This document shows, piece after piece, positions 22,633 through 32,886 of a stretch of 48,060 nt of DNA. The stretch spans positions 40,458-88,517 of the forward strand of contig DYRS01000001.1 of NCBI GenBank assembly GCA_020718585.1, read 5' to 3'. The first letter of the stretch is position 1; each line of letters starts with the position of its first letter. A model generated the notes under the pieces. The model saw only the letters and a list, made by a program, of their open reading frames with translations, was not told the DNA's origin and did not search any database. The position numbers were made by a program, and so were the translations under genes. Origin of the DNA: Chthoniobacter flavus (GTDB lineage: Bacteria > Verrucomicrobiota > Verrucomicrobiia > Chthoniobacterales > Terrimicrobiaceae).

Positions 22633-24993
22633 ATGAAACCAATCGTTGACAAAGATCTCAAACAGGCCGCCGAATCCTTGGCCAATCACAAGGGGGTTGT
22701 CGGCGTGCAGCCGCTGCCCGGACGCACCGCGTTCGCGATCGAATACGATCCCTCGCAGCTCAGCGACGACGCGATCCGCCGCATCGCCGAGCACCATGTG
22801 CCGCCCGCCGCACTCCAGAAGCGCACCCTTCGCCTCGATGGCGCGGCCTGTGAGGCGTGCGCGATCCGCCTCGAACAGAAGGTCGAAAAAATCCCGGGCG
22901 TCCGCCGCGTGACCGCGACATACCTCGGGAAGATCCTCTGCCTGACATTCGACGAGTCGGTCTCCGACGAGGCTGCCGTGCTCGAGGGCGTCCGCGCAAC
23001 CGGCGCCGCCGTCAAACCCTACGAGATGCCGGATGCCGATGGCGAAAAGACGTTCCGGCAAAAAGTTTTTTCCGGCGAGCTCAACGAGGAGATTTCGTGC
23101 GCCCTCGGATTTCTTTTCCTGATCGCGTCGCTGATTGCGGACAACATGATCGGCAAGCATGCGTTGCTGACGTATGTCTTTTATGCTGGGGCCTACCTGT
23201 TTTGTGGACAGCAGGGCGTGCGCTCGGCGATCGCGTCGCTGCGCGAAAAAGTTCTCGATGTGGACGTCCTGATGGTGCTCGCTGCGATCGGTGCCGGGGT
23301 CGTCGGGCAGCCGTTCGAGGGGGCACTGCTGCTCTTCCTGTTCTCGTTCTCGAACGTGCTCCAAAGCTACGCCCTGCAGCGCACGCAGAAGGCGATCCAC
23401 TCGCTCCTGAAGCTGCGACCGGACAAGGCGCTCGTGAAGTGCGACGGCGGAACCGAACTCGTTCGCGTCGAAACGCTGGCGGTCGGAGACATCGTGATCG
23501 TGCGCCCGGGCGAGCACATTCCTGTGGACGGAAAAATCATCGAGGGCAGCAGCTCGGTGGACGAGTCGAGCCTCACGGGAGAATCCATGCCGGTCTCAAA
23601 AACGGTCGGTGCTCCGCTCTTTGCGGGCACTCTCAACCAGAGCGGGGGCCTCGAGATCGCGGTGACGAAGCGCGCGGAGGATTCCACTCTCGCTCGCATG
23701 GTCAAGCTCGTCGAGGAGGCGCAGGCGGAAAAATCCGGAACCCAGCGATTCCTCGAGCAGGCCGAGCAATACTACGCGACCGGGGTGATCGCGTTCACCG
23801 CAGCCGTCTGGTTTATCCCGTGGATCGGGTGGGGCCAGCCGTTTGCCGAAGCCTTCTACCGGGCGATGACCGTCATGGTCGTGGCCTCGCCGTGCGCGCT
23901 CGTCATCAGCACGCCCGCCACCGTGCTCTCGGCGATCGGCGGTGCGGCCCGGCGCGGAATCCTTGTCAAAGGCGGGTCCCACCTCGAGCGCACCGCGCAG
24001 ATTGATATCGTCGCGTTCGACAAGACCGGAACGCTCACGGTCGGACGTCCGACGGTCACCGAGATCGTGGACGCGGCGGGCGCGCACAAGCTCGACGCCC
24101 CGCTTCCCGGCGCGCTCTCCGGGTTCCTCGCCTCGGCCGCCGCGCTCGAATCGAAATCCGAGCACCCGCTCGCAACCGCGATCATCAAGAGTGCGGCATC
24201 GCTGAAGCTCTCCCTCCCCGATGCGACGGATTTTCAATCCACCGCAGGCAAGGGAGCCGAGGCGACGGTGGATGGCACCCGGCTGGTCATCGGGAGCGAA
24301 CGCCTGTTCCGCGAACTCCTCGCCTCGGGCATGGACCCGATCGCCGCGCACTCTGCCCCGCTCTCGAAGCGCGGAAAAACCTGCGTGTGGGTCGGATCGC
24401 GGGCCGGGGATTCCGTGACCGCGCTTGCGGTGCTCGCGCTCGCCGACACAATCCGGCACGAGGCGCGCGACATCGCAGCAAGCCTCCACCGGCTAGGCGT
24501 CAAAAAGGTCGTCATGCTCACCGGCGACCAGACTGCGGTCGCGCACGCGATCGCCGAGGAGGCCGGGGTGGACGAAGTTTTCGCCGAGCTTCTCCCCGAG
24601 GGGAAGGTTCTCGCGATCCGCGAACTCAAGAAACAGGGGCGGGTCATGATGATCGGCGACGGGGTGAACGACGCGCCGGCACTCGCGACCGCCGACCTTG
24701 GAGTGGCCATGGGAGCGGCCGGAACCGACATCGCGATGGAGACCGCCGACGTCGTGCTCATGGGCGACAAGCTCGAAAACATCCCGCTCCTCATCGGCAT
24801 CGCCCGCCATGCAAAACGCGTCCTCTGGCAGAACCTGATCTTTGCATCCTCCGTCATCGTCGTCCTCCTCATCGCAGCCTTCGGGATCAACCTCCCGCTG
24901 CCCATGGGCGTCGTCGGACACGAGGGCAGCACCGTCCTCGTCTGCCTCAACGGACTCCGTCTCCTGATCTACAAACAAAAAAAGACGGGATGA
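22633..24993 (+). CDS. Heavy-metal-translocating P1B-type ATPase (SPC / HEGST signature, N-terminal HMA domain)
   Basis: 786 aa. It has an HMA-like domain with CEAC, the TGES motif, the DKTGTLT phosphorylation site and [10 protein letters not shown]. The transmembrane metal-site motifs are VASPCAL (SPC, not CPC) and [17 protein letters not shown]. Confidence 0.95.
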   Translation: MKPIVDKDLKQAAESLANHKGVVGVQPLPGRTAFAIEYDPSQLSDDAIRRIAEHHVPPAALQKRTLRLDGAACEACAIRLEQKVEKIPGVRRVTATYLGKILCLTFDESVSDEAAVLEGVRATGAAVKPYEMPDADGEKTFRQKVFSGELNEEISCALGFLFLIASLIADNMIGKHALLTYVFYAGAYLFCGQQGVRSAIASLREKVLDVDVLMVLAAIGAGVVGQPFEGALLLFLFSFSNVLQSYALQRTQKAIHSLLKLRPDKALVKCDGGTELVRVETLAVGDIVIVRPGEHIPVDGKIIEGSSSVDESSLTGESMPVSKTVGAPLFAGTLNQSGGLEIAVTKRAEDSTLARMVKLVEEAQAEKSGTQRFLEQAEQYYATGVIAFTAAVWFIPWIGWGQPFAEAFYRAMTVMVVASPCALVISTPATVLSAIGGAARRGILVKGGSHLERTAQIDIVAFDKTGTLTVGRPTVTEIVDAAGAHKLDAPLPGALSGFLASAAALESKSEHPLATAIIKSAASLKLSLPDATDFQSTAGKGAEATVDGTRLVIGSERLFRELLASGMDPIAAHSAPLSKRGKTCVWVGSRAGDSVTALAVLALADTIRHEARDIAASLHRLGVKKVVMLTGDQTAVAHAIAEEAGVDEVFAELLPEGKVLAIRELKKQGRVMMIGDGVNDAPALATADLGVAMGAAGTDIAMETADVVLMGDKLENIPLLIGIARHAKRVLWQNLIFASSVIVVLLIAAFGINLPLPMGVVGHEGSTVLVCLNGLRLLIYKQKKTG

Positions 24994-25045
24994 GGCTCAG
25001 CAGCCGCCCCCCCGTCTTCTTCTCAGCGCATGAAAGAAAAAAGTG

Positions 25046-26011
25046 TCAGTCACTTTTTATTGTGCTGCGTGGGGTTATCCGCAGGGGGGGCAGTTTGGAT
25101 GCACAGCCTCGCTCCCGGTCGAGCCGGTCGTCTTCCCACGAGGCGGGATCCTCCAGTGCTTCAAGGTGCGTGAAAACCGAGGTGTCGGGAAGAACAGCGG
25201 CAATGTCGCGCTCGATTTTTTCCAGCAGCTCGTGTCCGCGGTGAACCGACCATTTTCCCGGAACTAGGACGTGGAATGAGATAAACTTTCGCGCGCCCGA
25301 CTGGCGGGTCCAGAGCGCATGGAACTCGACTTTGTCGGTGCGGTAGCCGTCGAGCACCCTTTTCACCGAGGCGAGATCCGCTGCGGGAAGCGCGGCATCC
25401 ATGAGCCCGGCGACTGATCGGCGCACGATGTCCGAGCCGGTCCAGACGATGTTGGCAGCGACGAGAAGACCGACAATGGGATCGAGCGGATTCCAGCCGG
25501 TGAGGACGACGAGCCCGACGCCGACCAGCACGCCGACAGAGGTCCAGACATCGGTGAGGAGGTGCTGGGCGTTGGCTTCGAGCGTGATCGAGCGCCGCTC
25601 GCGGCCGACGCGCTGCAGCACGAGGGCGACCGCGAGATTGATCGCCGAGGCGACCAGTGCCACCGCCAGCCCGAGACCGGGCTGCTCGAGCGGCTGCGGG
25701 TGCATGAGCCTTTGAAACGAGGTAAAGCCGATGCTGGCGGCGGCCATAAGAATCAGCGATCCCTCGACCCCGCTGGAAAAATACTCCGCCTTGCCGTGGC
25801 CGAACGCATGGTCCTCATCCGCCGGCCGCTGGGCAATCGTGAGCATCGCCAGTGCCATCACGCCGCCGATCAAGTTGACGATCGACTCGAGAGCGTCCGA
25901 GAGCAGGCCGACCGAGCCGGTGACATACCACGCCCAGGTTTTGAGCAGAATCGTCACAAGAGCGGCCGCGATGGAAAGCCATGCGAACCGAGTGAGGGAT
26001 GGTCGGGACAT
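25046..26011 (-). CDS. Cation diffusion facilitator (CDF) family metal efflux transporter (FieF/CzcD-like)
   Basis: SVGLLSDALESIVNL, HAFGHGKAEYF, six predicted TM segments and a C-terminal cytoplasmic domain. The track start at 26020 is a TTG; the ATG at 26011 gives MSRPSLTRFAWLS. Confidence 0.9.
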   Translation of the reverse strand: MSRPSLTRFAWLSIAAALVTILLKTWAWYVTGSVGLLSDALESIVNLIGGVMALAMLTIAQRPADEDHAFGHGKAEYFSSGVEGSLILMAAASIGFTSFQRLMHPQPLEQPGLGLAVALVASAINLAVALVLQRVGRERRSITLEANAQHLLTDVWTSVGVLVGVGLVVLTGWNPLDPIVGLLVAANIVWTGSDIVRRSVAGLMDAALPAADLASVKRVLDGYRTDKVEFHALWTRQSGARKFISFHVLVPGKWSVHRGHELLEKIERDIAAVLPDTSVFTHLEALEDPASWEDDRLDRERGCASKLPPLRITPRSTIKSD

Positions 26012-26141
26012 CGGGTTCAAACTGGGGAAAGTGGAGCCAAGAGTCGAATAGATTCCCTCGGCGAACAGGGGGCACGCACCTTGCGTCAGTCAATAGCCAA
26101 GCTACAGAGCGCCTGATTGCCTGCTCCCCTCAACGTCCGGT

Positions 26142-27059
26142 TTACGCGGGGATCGCGAAAAGATCCCCTTGGGCCGGGGGGGCCGCGCTCTCCGACTCTG
26201 CTTCAATTTCCCGCACGAGGCCTGTGAACTCACATTTTCGGAGTGCGTCGATGAGGGCCGGGTAGTCGGGCCGGATCTCGAACGATTCCCAGGGCGAGGG
26301 GAGCGGGAGATCGTCGTCGAGGCGAACCATTTCGCGATTTGCGATGATCGTGTCGCGGGCGCTCTCGATTTTTTCTGCGAGCCGGGGGTTTGTGATCGCG
26401 CGCGGGTTGGCGAGCATGTTCTCGACACTGCCATGCGCGGTGACGAGGGCGCGGGCGGTTTTGTCTCCGATTCCCGGGACCCCTCCGATGTTGTCGGAGG
26501 CGTCTCCGGTGAGGGCGAGGACGTCGGCGATCCGCGCTGGTGGCACGCCCCACTTCGCATGCACCTCCGCCTCGCCGAGCAGGATGTGCCCGCCTGCTGG
26601 CGCGTCCGGCTTCGCCGTCGAATAGATCCTAATGGACGGCGAGACGATCTGGAGGATGTCCTTGTCGTTGGTTGCGACGATGACATCCGCTCCCGCATTC
26701 GCGGCGGCGAGCGCGTAAGAGGCGATCAAGTCGTCGGCCTCGGTGTCGGGCACTCCCAGGCTGGCCGGCCCGAAAAGCGGGATGTTTTCTCGCAGCCAGG
26801 CCTCCTGCGGCCGGAGGTCGTCGGGCATCGGCTTCCTGTTTCGCTTGTATTCCGGCTGGAGCGTCGTCCGGCGCTCGGGGAGCCCGCTGTCCCAGATCAC
26901 GGCCGCGCGGTCGGGGCGGACGTCAGACAGCATTTTGCGCAGTGCCTTGGCGTATCCGTAAATCGCGTTCGTCGACTCGCCGCGGGAATTCCTGAGATCC
27001 CGAATCGCATAATACGAGCGGTAGAGGTAGTAGTGGCCGTCAACAAGGAGTAGTCGCAT
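26142..27059 (-). CDS. Standalone 5'-3' exonuclease / flap endonuclease (Pol I N-terminal domain family)
   Basis: MRLLLVDGHYYLYRSYYA, EADDLIA, ATNDKDILQ, LTGDASDNIGGVPGIGDKTA (H3TH). There is no polymerase domain. The track start at 27098 is a TTG; the ATG is at 27059. Confidence 0.88.
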   Translation of the reverse strand: MRLLLVDGHYYLYRSYYAIRDLRNSRGESTNAIYGYAKALRKMLSDVRPDRAAVIWDSGLPERRTTLQPEYKRNRKPMPDDLRPQEAWLRENIPLFGPASLGVPDTEADDLIASYALAAANAGADVIVATNDKDILQIVSPSIRIYSTAKPDAPAGGHILLGEAEVHAKWGVPPARIADVLALTGDASDNIGGVPGIGDKTARALVTAHGSVENMLANPRAITNPRLAEKIESARDTIIANREMVRLDDDLPLPSPWESFEIRPDYPALIDALRKCEFTGLVREIEAESESAAPPAQGDLFAIPA

Positions 27060-27178
27060 GTCGCCCGGAAGACTGCTCCGCACGGCCCGCCGAACCAAGA
27101 GGAAAAATCTCTGGGCCTTTGCGGCGGGCTACCCGAAAACATGCGCGGGCTTGAGACTGCGGGCAGCTTGCCCGCTTT

Positions 27179-27203
27179 CCAAAAAAAGGCGCGTCCCGCC
27201 TGC
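27179..27203 (-). terminator. Rho-independent terminator of the GH2 gene
   Basis: The minus strand reads aggcg-ggacg-cgcct followed by T7 (plus-strand A7 at 27181-27187). A second hairpin, gcgggca-gct-tgcccgc, lies at 27159-27175. Confidence 0.55.
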
Positions 27204-27206
27204 TTT

Positions 27207-27235
27207 AGTCGCCGCGCAGAAATAACATGATACAA
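27207..27235 (-). repeat. 29-nt repeat, copy B1 (inverted relative to copy A)
   Basis: The plus strand agtcgccgcgcagaaataacatgatacaa is the exact reverse complement of 8060-8088. Confidence 0.9.
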
Positions 27236-27337
27236 TCTGCTGGTTCCTTTTCCGCCATCCTGCGTTGCTCCTCAGTCACAGAGGCTTTGGCTATGCTCCT
27301 TCGTCGCTCCTTGGCTGGCGGAAAAATTCCGGCGCAT

Positions 27338-27358
27338 ATTGCATCATGTTATTTCTGC
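27338..27358 (+). repeat. Partial repeat copy B2 (21 nt, 1 mismatch), inverted partner of B1
   Basis: attgcatcatgttatttctgc compared with attgtatcatgttatttctgc. It ends 9 nt before the GH2 stop codon (27367-27369). It is separated from the B1 arm (27216-27236) by 101 nt. Confidence 0.85.
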
Positions 27359-27366
27359 TAAGCTCA

Positions 27367-29877
27367 TTATTCGTTGGAGGAATCGCGATCCGGACGGTCG
27401 GTCTGCGTCGGAAAGGGGAGCGGGCGTTCCGCCTTTTTGGCGACGATCTGGATTGCGGCGGGTTCGAGTCCGTCAGAGGCGGCTTCGAGGACGATTTCGC
27501 CGCCGGTGCCGACGCGAGTGCGGATGATCGCGAGGCAGCGGCCGTTGAATGCGCGGCATGTGGTGGCGCGAAACGGATCGTGAGCTGTCGGGTCGCCGTT
27601 ATCCACGGCGAGAATCTCGCCCGGACCATCGATGGTGAAGCGCACGAGGTTGTTCGCGCGGGGGACCACGAGCCCATCGCGGTCGGCGACGAGCACGCTC
27701 ACATGGCAGAGGTCGTGTCCGTCGGCATCGGGCGACGGGCGGTCGGGGGAGAGGACGAGCCGGGCGGCCGGGCCGGAGGTTTTGACAGAGCATTCCGCCC
27801 ACGGACTTCCATTTTTCCAGGTGACGGCGCGGAGCTCACCCGGCGCGTATTGCACGTCGTCCCAGCGGAGCCGGTATTCGCGGGGTTGCATTTTGCGGCG
27901 ACCGAGAGACGCCCCGTTGAGGAAGAGTTCGGCTTCGTCGCCCGAGGTGTAAACGTGGACCGGGGTGGTCTGACCGAGGCGATCCGGCCAGTTCCAGTGC
28001 GGGAGGATGTGGGCCATGGGAAAATCCGACCGCCATCTTGCCTGATACAAATAGAACCTGTTCTTTCGGAATCCGGCGAGGTCGAAGATCCCGAAATACG
28101 AGCTGCGCGAGGGGACCTCGATCCGGCTCAGCACCTCGAGCTCGCGCCGCATGGCCTCCCTTTTTTCCGGGTCGGAAAAATTGAGGAGATTCGTCGAGTC
28201 GGAATTGTAGGGGGTCGGTTCGCCGAGGTAGTCGAACCCGGTCCAGACGAACTCGCCCGCGACAAACCGGTTTGCGTCCTGCCCGCGGAACTCCGCCTCC
28301 GCCCCGCCCGCCCAATCGGGCGAGCAGAGGTCGTAGGAGCTGACGTGAAAATCCTCGCAACCTTTGTCTGGGCCTTCGGCGACTGGGAAAAAGTATTCGC
28401 CGCGAGAGCTAACCGTCGAGGCGGTCTCGCTGCCGTAGAGCGGGATCGAGGGGTTGGCCGCGCGGAATTTCGTATACTCATGGGGTTTGTAGTTGTAGCC
28501 GAAGACATCAACCGTATGCTGGAACCCGTTAATGCCGGTGCCGGGCGAGTTGCAGGCGACGGTCGTCGGCCGGGTCGGATCTTCCTCGCGGACGATCCGC
28601 CGCAATTCCTCGGAGATCGGGTGGCGTTCTGGCAGCCACTGTTCGGCAATTTCGTTGCCGGTGCTCCAGAGGATGACGCACGGGTGATTGCGGTCGCGGC
28701 GGACCATCGCGCGCAGGTCGCGGTCGTGCCAGGCGGCGAAGTGCTGGCTGTAGTCGTTCGGCTTTTTTCCGGCTTCCCAGCAGTCGAACGACTCGACGAT
28801 CACAAGGATCCCGGCGCGGTCGCAGAGGTCGAGCAACTCCGGCGCGGGCGGGTTGTGGCTTGAGCGGATCGCGTTGCAGCCCATCTCGCGGAGGAGTTCG
28901 ATCCGGCGCTCGATCGCCCGGGTGTTCACCGCTGCGCCGAGCGCCCCGAGGTCGTGGTGCAGGCACACGCCGTTGATCTGGACCCGGCGGCCGTTGAGAT
29001 GAAACCCATCGTCCACAGTGAATACGGCGGTCCGGATTCCGAAGACCGTTTCGATACGGTCCACGAGGTGTCCGTCCACCCGCACGTCGGTGACGGCGAC
29101 GTAGAGCGCGGGAGATTCAGGGCTCCAGAGGTCCGGGTGCGAGATCGTGATTTCCGAATCCGCCGACGCTTCGCCGCCGGGCGGTATAAGGAGTTTTACC
29201 GGAGTGCCGGGGAGGGATGGCGCGGCGGATTCGCAGCGGAACACTTCCGTCTCCACCGAGATGTCGGCGGGGGTGGCCGAGCAGTTGGCAACGCGGGTTT
29301 GAAGGCGCACGGTTGCGGACTCCGTCGAGACGTTCGGCGTGGTGAGGATTTGCCCACAGCGCGGGATGTTCACCGGCCCGGTTGTGCGCAGCCAGACGTT
29401 GCGGTAGATCCCGCCGCCGGGATACCAGCGCGAGGAATCCGGCGGGTTGTCGAGGCGGACGGCGATCACGTTGTCGCCGCCGAAATCGATGTGGTCGGTG
29501 AGGTCGAGATCGAACGACGAGTAGCCATACGCCCAGCCGCCGAGCGGGCATCCGTTGAGCCAGACCTGCGAATCCGACATCGCCCCGTCGAACTCGACAA
29601 AAACCCTCCGGCCCGGGACGGCGGCCGGGACGGCGAAACGCTTGCGATACCAGCCCACGCCCGACCACGGGAGCTTCCCGCTTTCGCCCGGGAGTGCCTG
29701 ATCGAACGGACCCTCGATCCCCCAGTCGTGCGGAAGGTCGAGCGCGCGCCATGCGGAGTCGTCGAATCCCGGATCGCCCGCGTCGACCGCATCGGAGGGA
29801 TCGCCTTTGGCAAACAGCCAGCCTGCGTTGAAGGAGGTTCGGATGCGCGGGTGAGCGGAGTGTGGAAGGGATGTCAT
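27367..29877 (-). CDS. Glycoside hydrolase family 2 (beta-galactosidase / beta-glucuronidase-like)
   Basis: The sugar-binding N-terminus is FNAGWLFAKGD...WRALDLPHDW. The TIM-barrel region is NGVCLHHDLGALGAAVNTRAIERRIELLREMGCNAIRSSHNP with ILWSTGNE as the acid/base region. The track ORF extends 100 codons upstream; the ATG at 29877 (MTSLPHSAHP) gives about 836 aa. Confidence 0.9.
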   Translation of the reverse strand: MTSLPHSAHPRIRTSFNAGWLFAKGDPSDAVDAGDPGFDDSAWRALDLPHDWGIEGPFDQALPGESGKLPWSGVGWYRKRFAVPAAVPGRRVFVEFDGAMSDSQVWLNGCPLGGWAYGYSSFDLDLTDHIDFGGDNVIAVRLDNPPDSSRWYPGGGIYRNVWLRTTGPVNIPRCGQILTTPNVSTESATVRLQTRVANCSATPADISVETEVFRCESAAPSLPGTPVKLLIPPGGEASADSEITISHPDLWSPESPALYVAVTDVRVDGHLVDRIETVFGIRTAVFTVDDGFHLNGRRVQINGVCLHHDLGALGAAVNTRAIERRIELLREMGCNAIRSSHNPPAPELLDLCDRAGILVIVESFDCWEAGKKPNDYSQHFAAWHDRDLRAMVRRDRNHPCVILWSTGNEIAEQWLPERHPISEELRRIVREEDPTRPTTVACNSPGTGINGFQHTVDVFGYNYKPHEYTKFRAANPSIPLYGSETASTVSSRGEYFFPVAEGPDKGCEDFHVSSYDLCSPDWAGGAEAEFRGQDANRFVAGEFVWTGFDYLGEPTPYNSDSTNLLNFSDPEKREAMRRELEVLSRIEVPSRSSYFGIFDLAGFRKNRFYLYQARWRSDFPMAHILPHWNWPDRLGQTTPVHVYTSGDEAELFLNGASLGRRKMQPREYRLRWDDVQYAPGELRAVTWKNGSPWAECSVKTSGPAARLVLSPDRPSPDADGHDLCHVSVLVADRDGLVVPRANNLVRFTIDGPGEILAVDNGDPTAHDPFRATTCRAFNGRCLAIIRTRVGTGGEIVLEAASDGLEPAAIQIVAKKAERPLPFPTQTDRPDRDSSNE

Positions 29878-30197
29878 GGGGATAACCGGAATCAAACTTT
29901 CGGAGCCGACCGCATGATTTCCGCCAGCGCGCGCCCGGCCCGAAGCAGCCAGGTCATCCGCTTCATGTACGGATCTACATGCCGAAAAAACATGAAATCC
30001 CTTCCGGCGGGCCGCCGCAAAAGAGACTGACCCAGCGGCGGGCAGCGCAGGCGTCTTATCCGGGATGGCGGAGTTCATTCGAAATCGAAATCTCGCTGGA
30101 GCATACGGATATCCGACGGCCGAGCAAGGCCCGTGAAGCAGAAATTCGATAAGAAATGACTGACGTCTTTTTCGCAAAAAAATTCACGGCCGGCTGC

Positions 30198-30226
30198 TTG
30201 ACAGAGCATTCATTAGCTGAACTAAT
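30198..30226 (+). promoter_or_regulatory. Sigma-70-like promoter for sdhCAB (TTGACA-17-ACTAAT)
   Basis: ttgaca at 30198-30203, a 17-nt spacer, and actaat at 30221-30226. The ATG is at 30243, implying a very short leader. Confidence 0.4.
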
Positions 30227-30242
30227 GCGGACTTTCACCGTC

Positions 30243-30962
30243 ATGATTTCGGCACCATCCCAATCCCGCTCCGGCCCGCATCCCATCTTCCTGTGGCTTC
30301 TTTCCTCGATCGGGAAGAAAACGATTGTCGCGCTGACCGGTATCGTGCTGCTGGCGTTTGTGGCCGGCCACCTAGCGGGCAACTTCACGATCTACCTCGG
30401 CCGGGACTGGCTGAACTGGTATGCGGCGCACCTGCAGAGCCTCGGGCCGATGCTGTGGATCATCCGCCTGTTCCTGCTCGGCGTGCTCGTGACCCACATC
30501 TTTTTTACGATGCTTCTGTGGCATGAAAACCAGGCGGCGCGCCCGAAAAAATACATTGCGTCCGACCCGGTCGGCACGAGCGTTTTTGCCCGCACGATGC
30601 GGCTGAGCGGGCTGGTCGTGCTGGCGTTCATCATTTTCCACCTCGCGCATTTCACCGTGCATCTGATCAACCCGCAATTTTCGCACATGGAGGCGATGCT
30701 CGACGGGCACCAGGTCCACGACTGCTACGGCATGGTGGTGCTCGGGTTCAGCAGCCTGCCGGTCGTGATCATCTACGTCGTCGGGCTCTTCCTTCTCACC
30801 TGCCACCTCAGCCACGGGATCGGCAGCCTGTTCCAGACGCTCGGCCTCACGAACCGCCGACTCCACAAGATGATCGAGCTGGCCACCCGCGTGATCGCCT
30901 GGATCCTCTACTTCGGCTACATCTCCATCCCGCTCTCGATCATCACAGGAATTGTCAAATGA
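30243..30962 (+). CDS. sdhC: Succinate dehydrogenase / fumarate reductase cytochrome b subunit (b558 family, single membrane anchor)
   Basis: [28 protein letters not shown], five predicted TM helices and conserved His residues. The stop overlaps the sdhA start (ATGA at 30959-30962). The track start at 30156 lies upstream of the predicted promoter. Confidence 0.85.
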   Translation: MISAPSQSRSGPHPIFLWLLSSIGKKTIVALTGIVLLAFVAGHLAGNFTIYLGRDWLNWYAAHLQSLGPMLWIIRLFLLGVLVTHIFFTMLLWHENQAARPKKYIASDPVGTSVFARTMRLSGLVVLAFIIFHLAHFTVHLINPQFSHMEAMLDGHQVHDCYGMVVLGFSSLPVVIIYVVGLFLLTCHLSHGIGSLFQTLGLTNRRLHKMIELATRVIAWILYFGYISIPLSIITGIVK

Positions 30963-32875
30963 CACTCGACTCAAAAATACCCGCCGGTCCGCTCGACAAA
31001 AAGTGGACGTCCTACAAGAACACTGCCAAGCTGGTCAACCCGGCGAACAAGCGGAAGTTCGACATCATCATTGTCGGGTCCGGTCTCGCCGGTGCCGCGG
31101 CTGCGGCGACGCTCGCCGAGCAGGGCTACAAGGTGAAGTGCTTCTGCTACCAGGACAGCCCGCGCCGGGCGCACTCGATCGCCGCGCAGGGCGGGATCAA
31201 TGCCGCAAAGAATTACCAGAACGACGGCGACAGCGTTTACCGGCTTTTCTACGACACGATCAAGGGCGGCGATTTCCGCTCGCGTGAGGCAAACGTCCAC
31301 AGGCTCGCCGAGGTGAGCAACCTGATCATTGACCAGTGCGTCGCGCAGGGCGTGCCATTCGCCCGCGAATACGGCGGGCTTCTGGACAACCGCTCGTTCG
31401 GCGGAGCGCAGGTCTCGCGGACGTTCTACGCCCGCGGCCAGACCGGCCAGCAGCTTCTGCTCGGCACCTACTCGGCGCTCAGCCACCAGATCGCGCTCGG
31501 CAATGTCGAGATGTTTCCGAAAAGCGAGATGATGGACCTCGTCGTGGTGGACGGCCATGCGAAGGGAATCGTCGTGCGCGACATGACGAACGGCGAGATC
31601 TCCTCGCACGCCGGCGACGCGGTGCTCCTCTGTACCGGCGGCTACGGGAACGTGTTTTACCTTTCGACGAACGCGCGCGGGTGCAACGTCACCGCGACCT
31701 ACCGCGCGTTCAAGCGCGGCGCTCTCTTCGCCAACCCGTGCTACACGCAGATCCACCCGACGTGCATCCCGGTGAGCGGCGACTACCAGTCGAAGCTCAC
31801 GCTCATGTCCGAGTCGCTCCGCAACGACGGCCGAGTCTGGGTTCCGAAAAAGAAAGAGGACTGCGCGAAGGAGCCGAAGGACATCCCGGAGGACGCCCGC
31901 GACTACTACCTCGAGCGAAAATACCCGAGTTTCGGCAACCTCGCCCCGCGCGACATCTCGTCCCGCTCGGCCAAGGAAGTCTGCGACGAGGGCCGCGGGG
32001 TCGGACCCGGCGGGCTCGGCGTCTATCTCGATTTTGCCGACGCGATCAAACGGCTCGGCAAGCACGTCATCGAGGAACGCTACGGCAACCTCTTCGAGAT
32101 GTATCACAACATCACCGACGAGAACGCCTACGAGCGCCCGATGCGGATCTATCCCGCCGTCCACTACACGATGGGCGGGCTCTGGGTGGACTACCACCTG
32201 ATGAGCAACATCCCAGGGCTCCACGTCCTCGGCGAGGCAAATTTCTCCGACCACGGCGCGAACCGCCTCGGCGCCAGCGCGCTCATGCAGGGGCTCGCCG
32301 ACGGGTATTTTGTCATCCCCTACACGCTCGGCGAATACATGGCCTCGCAGTTCGGGAAAAAAGTGAACCCCGACGCCCGACCGTTCGTACAGGCGGTCGA
32401 GGACGTCAAGGCCCGCGTTGAGAAGCTTCTCGCGATCAACGGCACGCGTACGGTGGACAGCTTCCACCGCGAGCTCGGCAAGATCATGTGGGACAAGTGC
32501 GGGATGGCTCGCGACAAGCAGGGGCTCGAGGAGGCTCTGCGCAAGATCCCGAAGCTCCGCGAGGAATTTTGGAAAAACCTCAAGATCCTCGGCTCGCCGG
32601 ATGGCATCAACATGGAGCTCGAACGCGCCGGACGCGTCGCCGATTTCCTTGAGTTCGGGGAGCTCATGTGCATGGACGCGCTGAGCCGAAACGAATCGTG
32701 CGGTGGCCACTTCCGCACGGAATTCCAGACCCCCGAGGGCGAGGCGCTCCGCAACGACAGCGAATACGACTACGTCGCGGCTTGGAAATACGAGGGCGAG
32801 GGCAACGCCCCGACGCTCGTGAAGGAACCGCTCGTTTACGAGGAGGTCAAACTCTCGACACGCAGCTACAAATAA
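30959..32875 (+). CDS. sdhA: Succinate dehydrogenase / fumarate reductase flavoprotein subunit
   Basis: 638 aa. FAD-binding [25 protein letters not shown] (covalent-FAD His), [20 protein letters not shown]. Confidence 0.95.
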   Translation: MTLDSKIPAGPLDKKWTSYKNTAKLVNPANKRKFDIIIVGSGLAGAAAAATLAEQGYKVKCFCYQDSPRRAHSIAAQGGINAAKNYQNDGDSVYRLFYDTIKGGDFRSREANVHRLAEVSNLIIDQCVAQGVPFAREYGGLLDNRSFGGAQVSRTFYARGQTGQQLLLGTYSALSHQIALGNVEMFPKSEMMDLVVVDGHAKGIVVRDMTNGEISSHAGDAVLLCTGGYGNVFYLSTNARGCNVTATYRAFKRGALFANPCYTQIHPTCIPVSGDYQSKLTLMSESLRNDGRVWVPKKKEDCAKEPKDIPEDARDYYLERKYPSFGNLAPRDISSRSAKEVCDEGRGVGPGGLGVYLDFADAIKRLGKHVIEERYGNLFEMYHNITDENAYERPMRIYPAVHYTMGGLWVDYHLMSNIPGLHVLGEANFSDHGANRLGASALMQGLADGYFVIPYTLGEYMASQFGKKVNPDARPFVQAVEDVKARVEKLLAINGTRTVDSFHRELGKIMWDKCGMARDKQGLEEALRKIPKLREEFWKNLKILGSPDGINMELERAGRVADFLEFGELMCMDALSRNESCGGHFRTEFQTPEGEALRNDSEYDYVAAWKYEGEGNAPTLVKEPLVYEEVKLSTRSYK

Positions 32876-32886
32876 TTTTCAACACC

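Noticed and set aside
27293-27361. 22-codon plus-strand sORF (MLLRRSLAGGKIPAHIASCYFC) inside the inverted-repeat element, ending in repeat copy B2.
   Set aside because: It has no RBS. At copy A the corresponding frame has an in-frame stop at 8032-8034 and no start codon after it, so the repeat is not conserved as coding sequence. It is more simply explained as non-coding.
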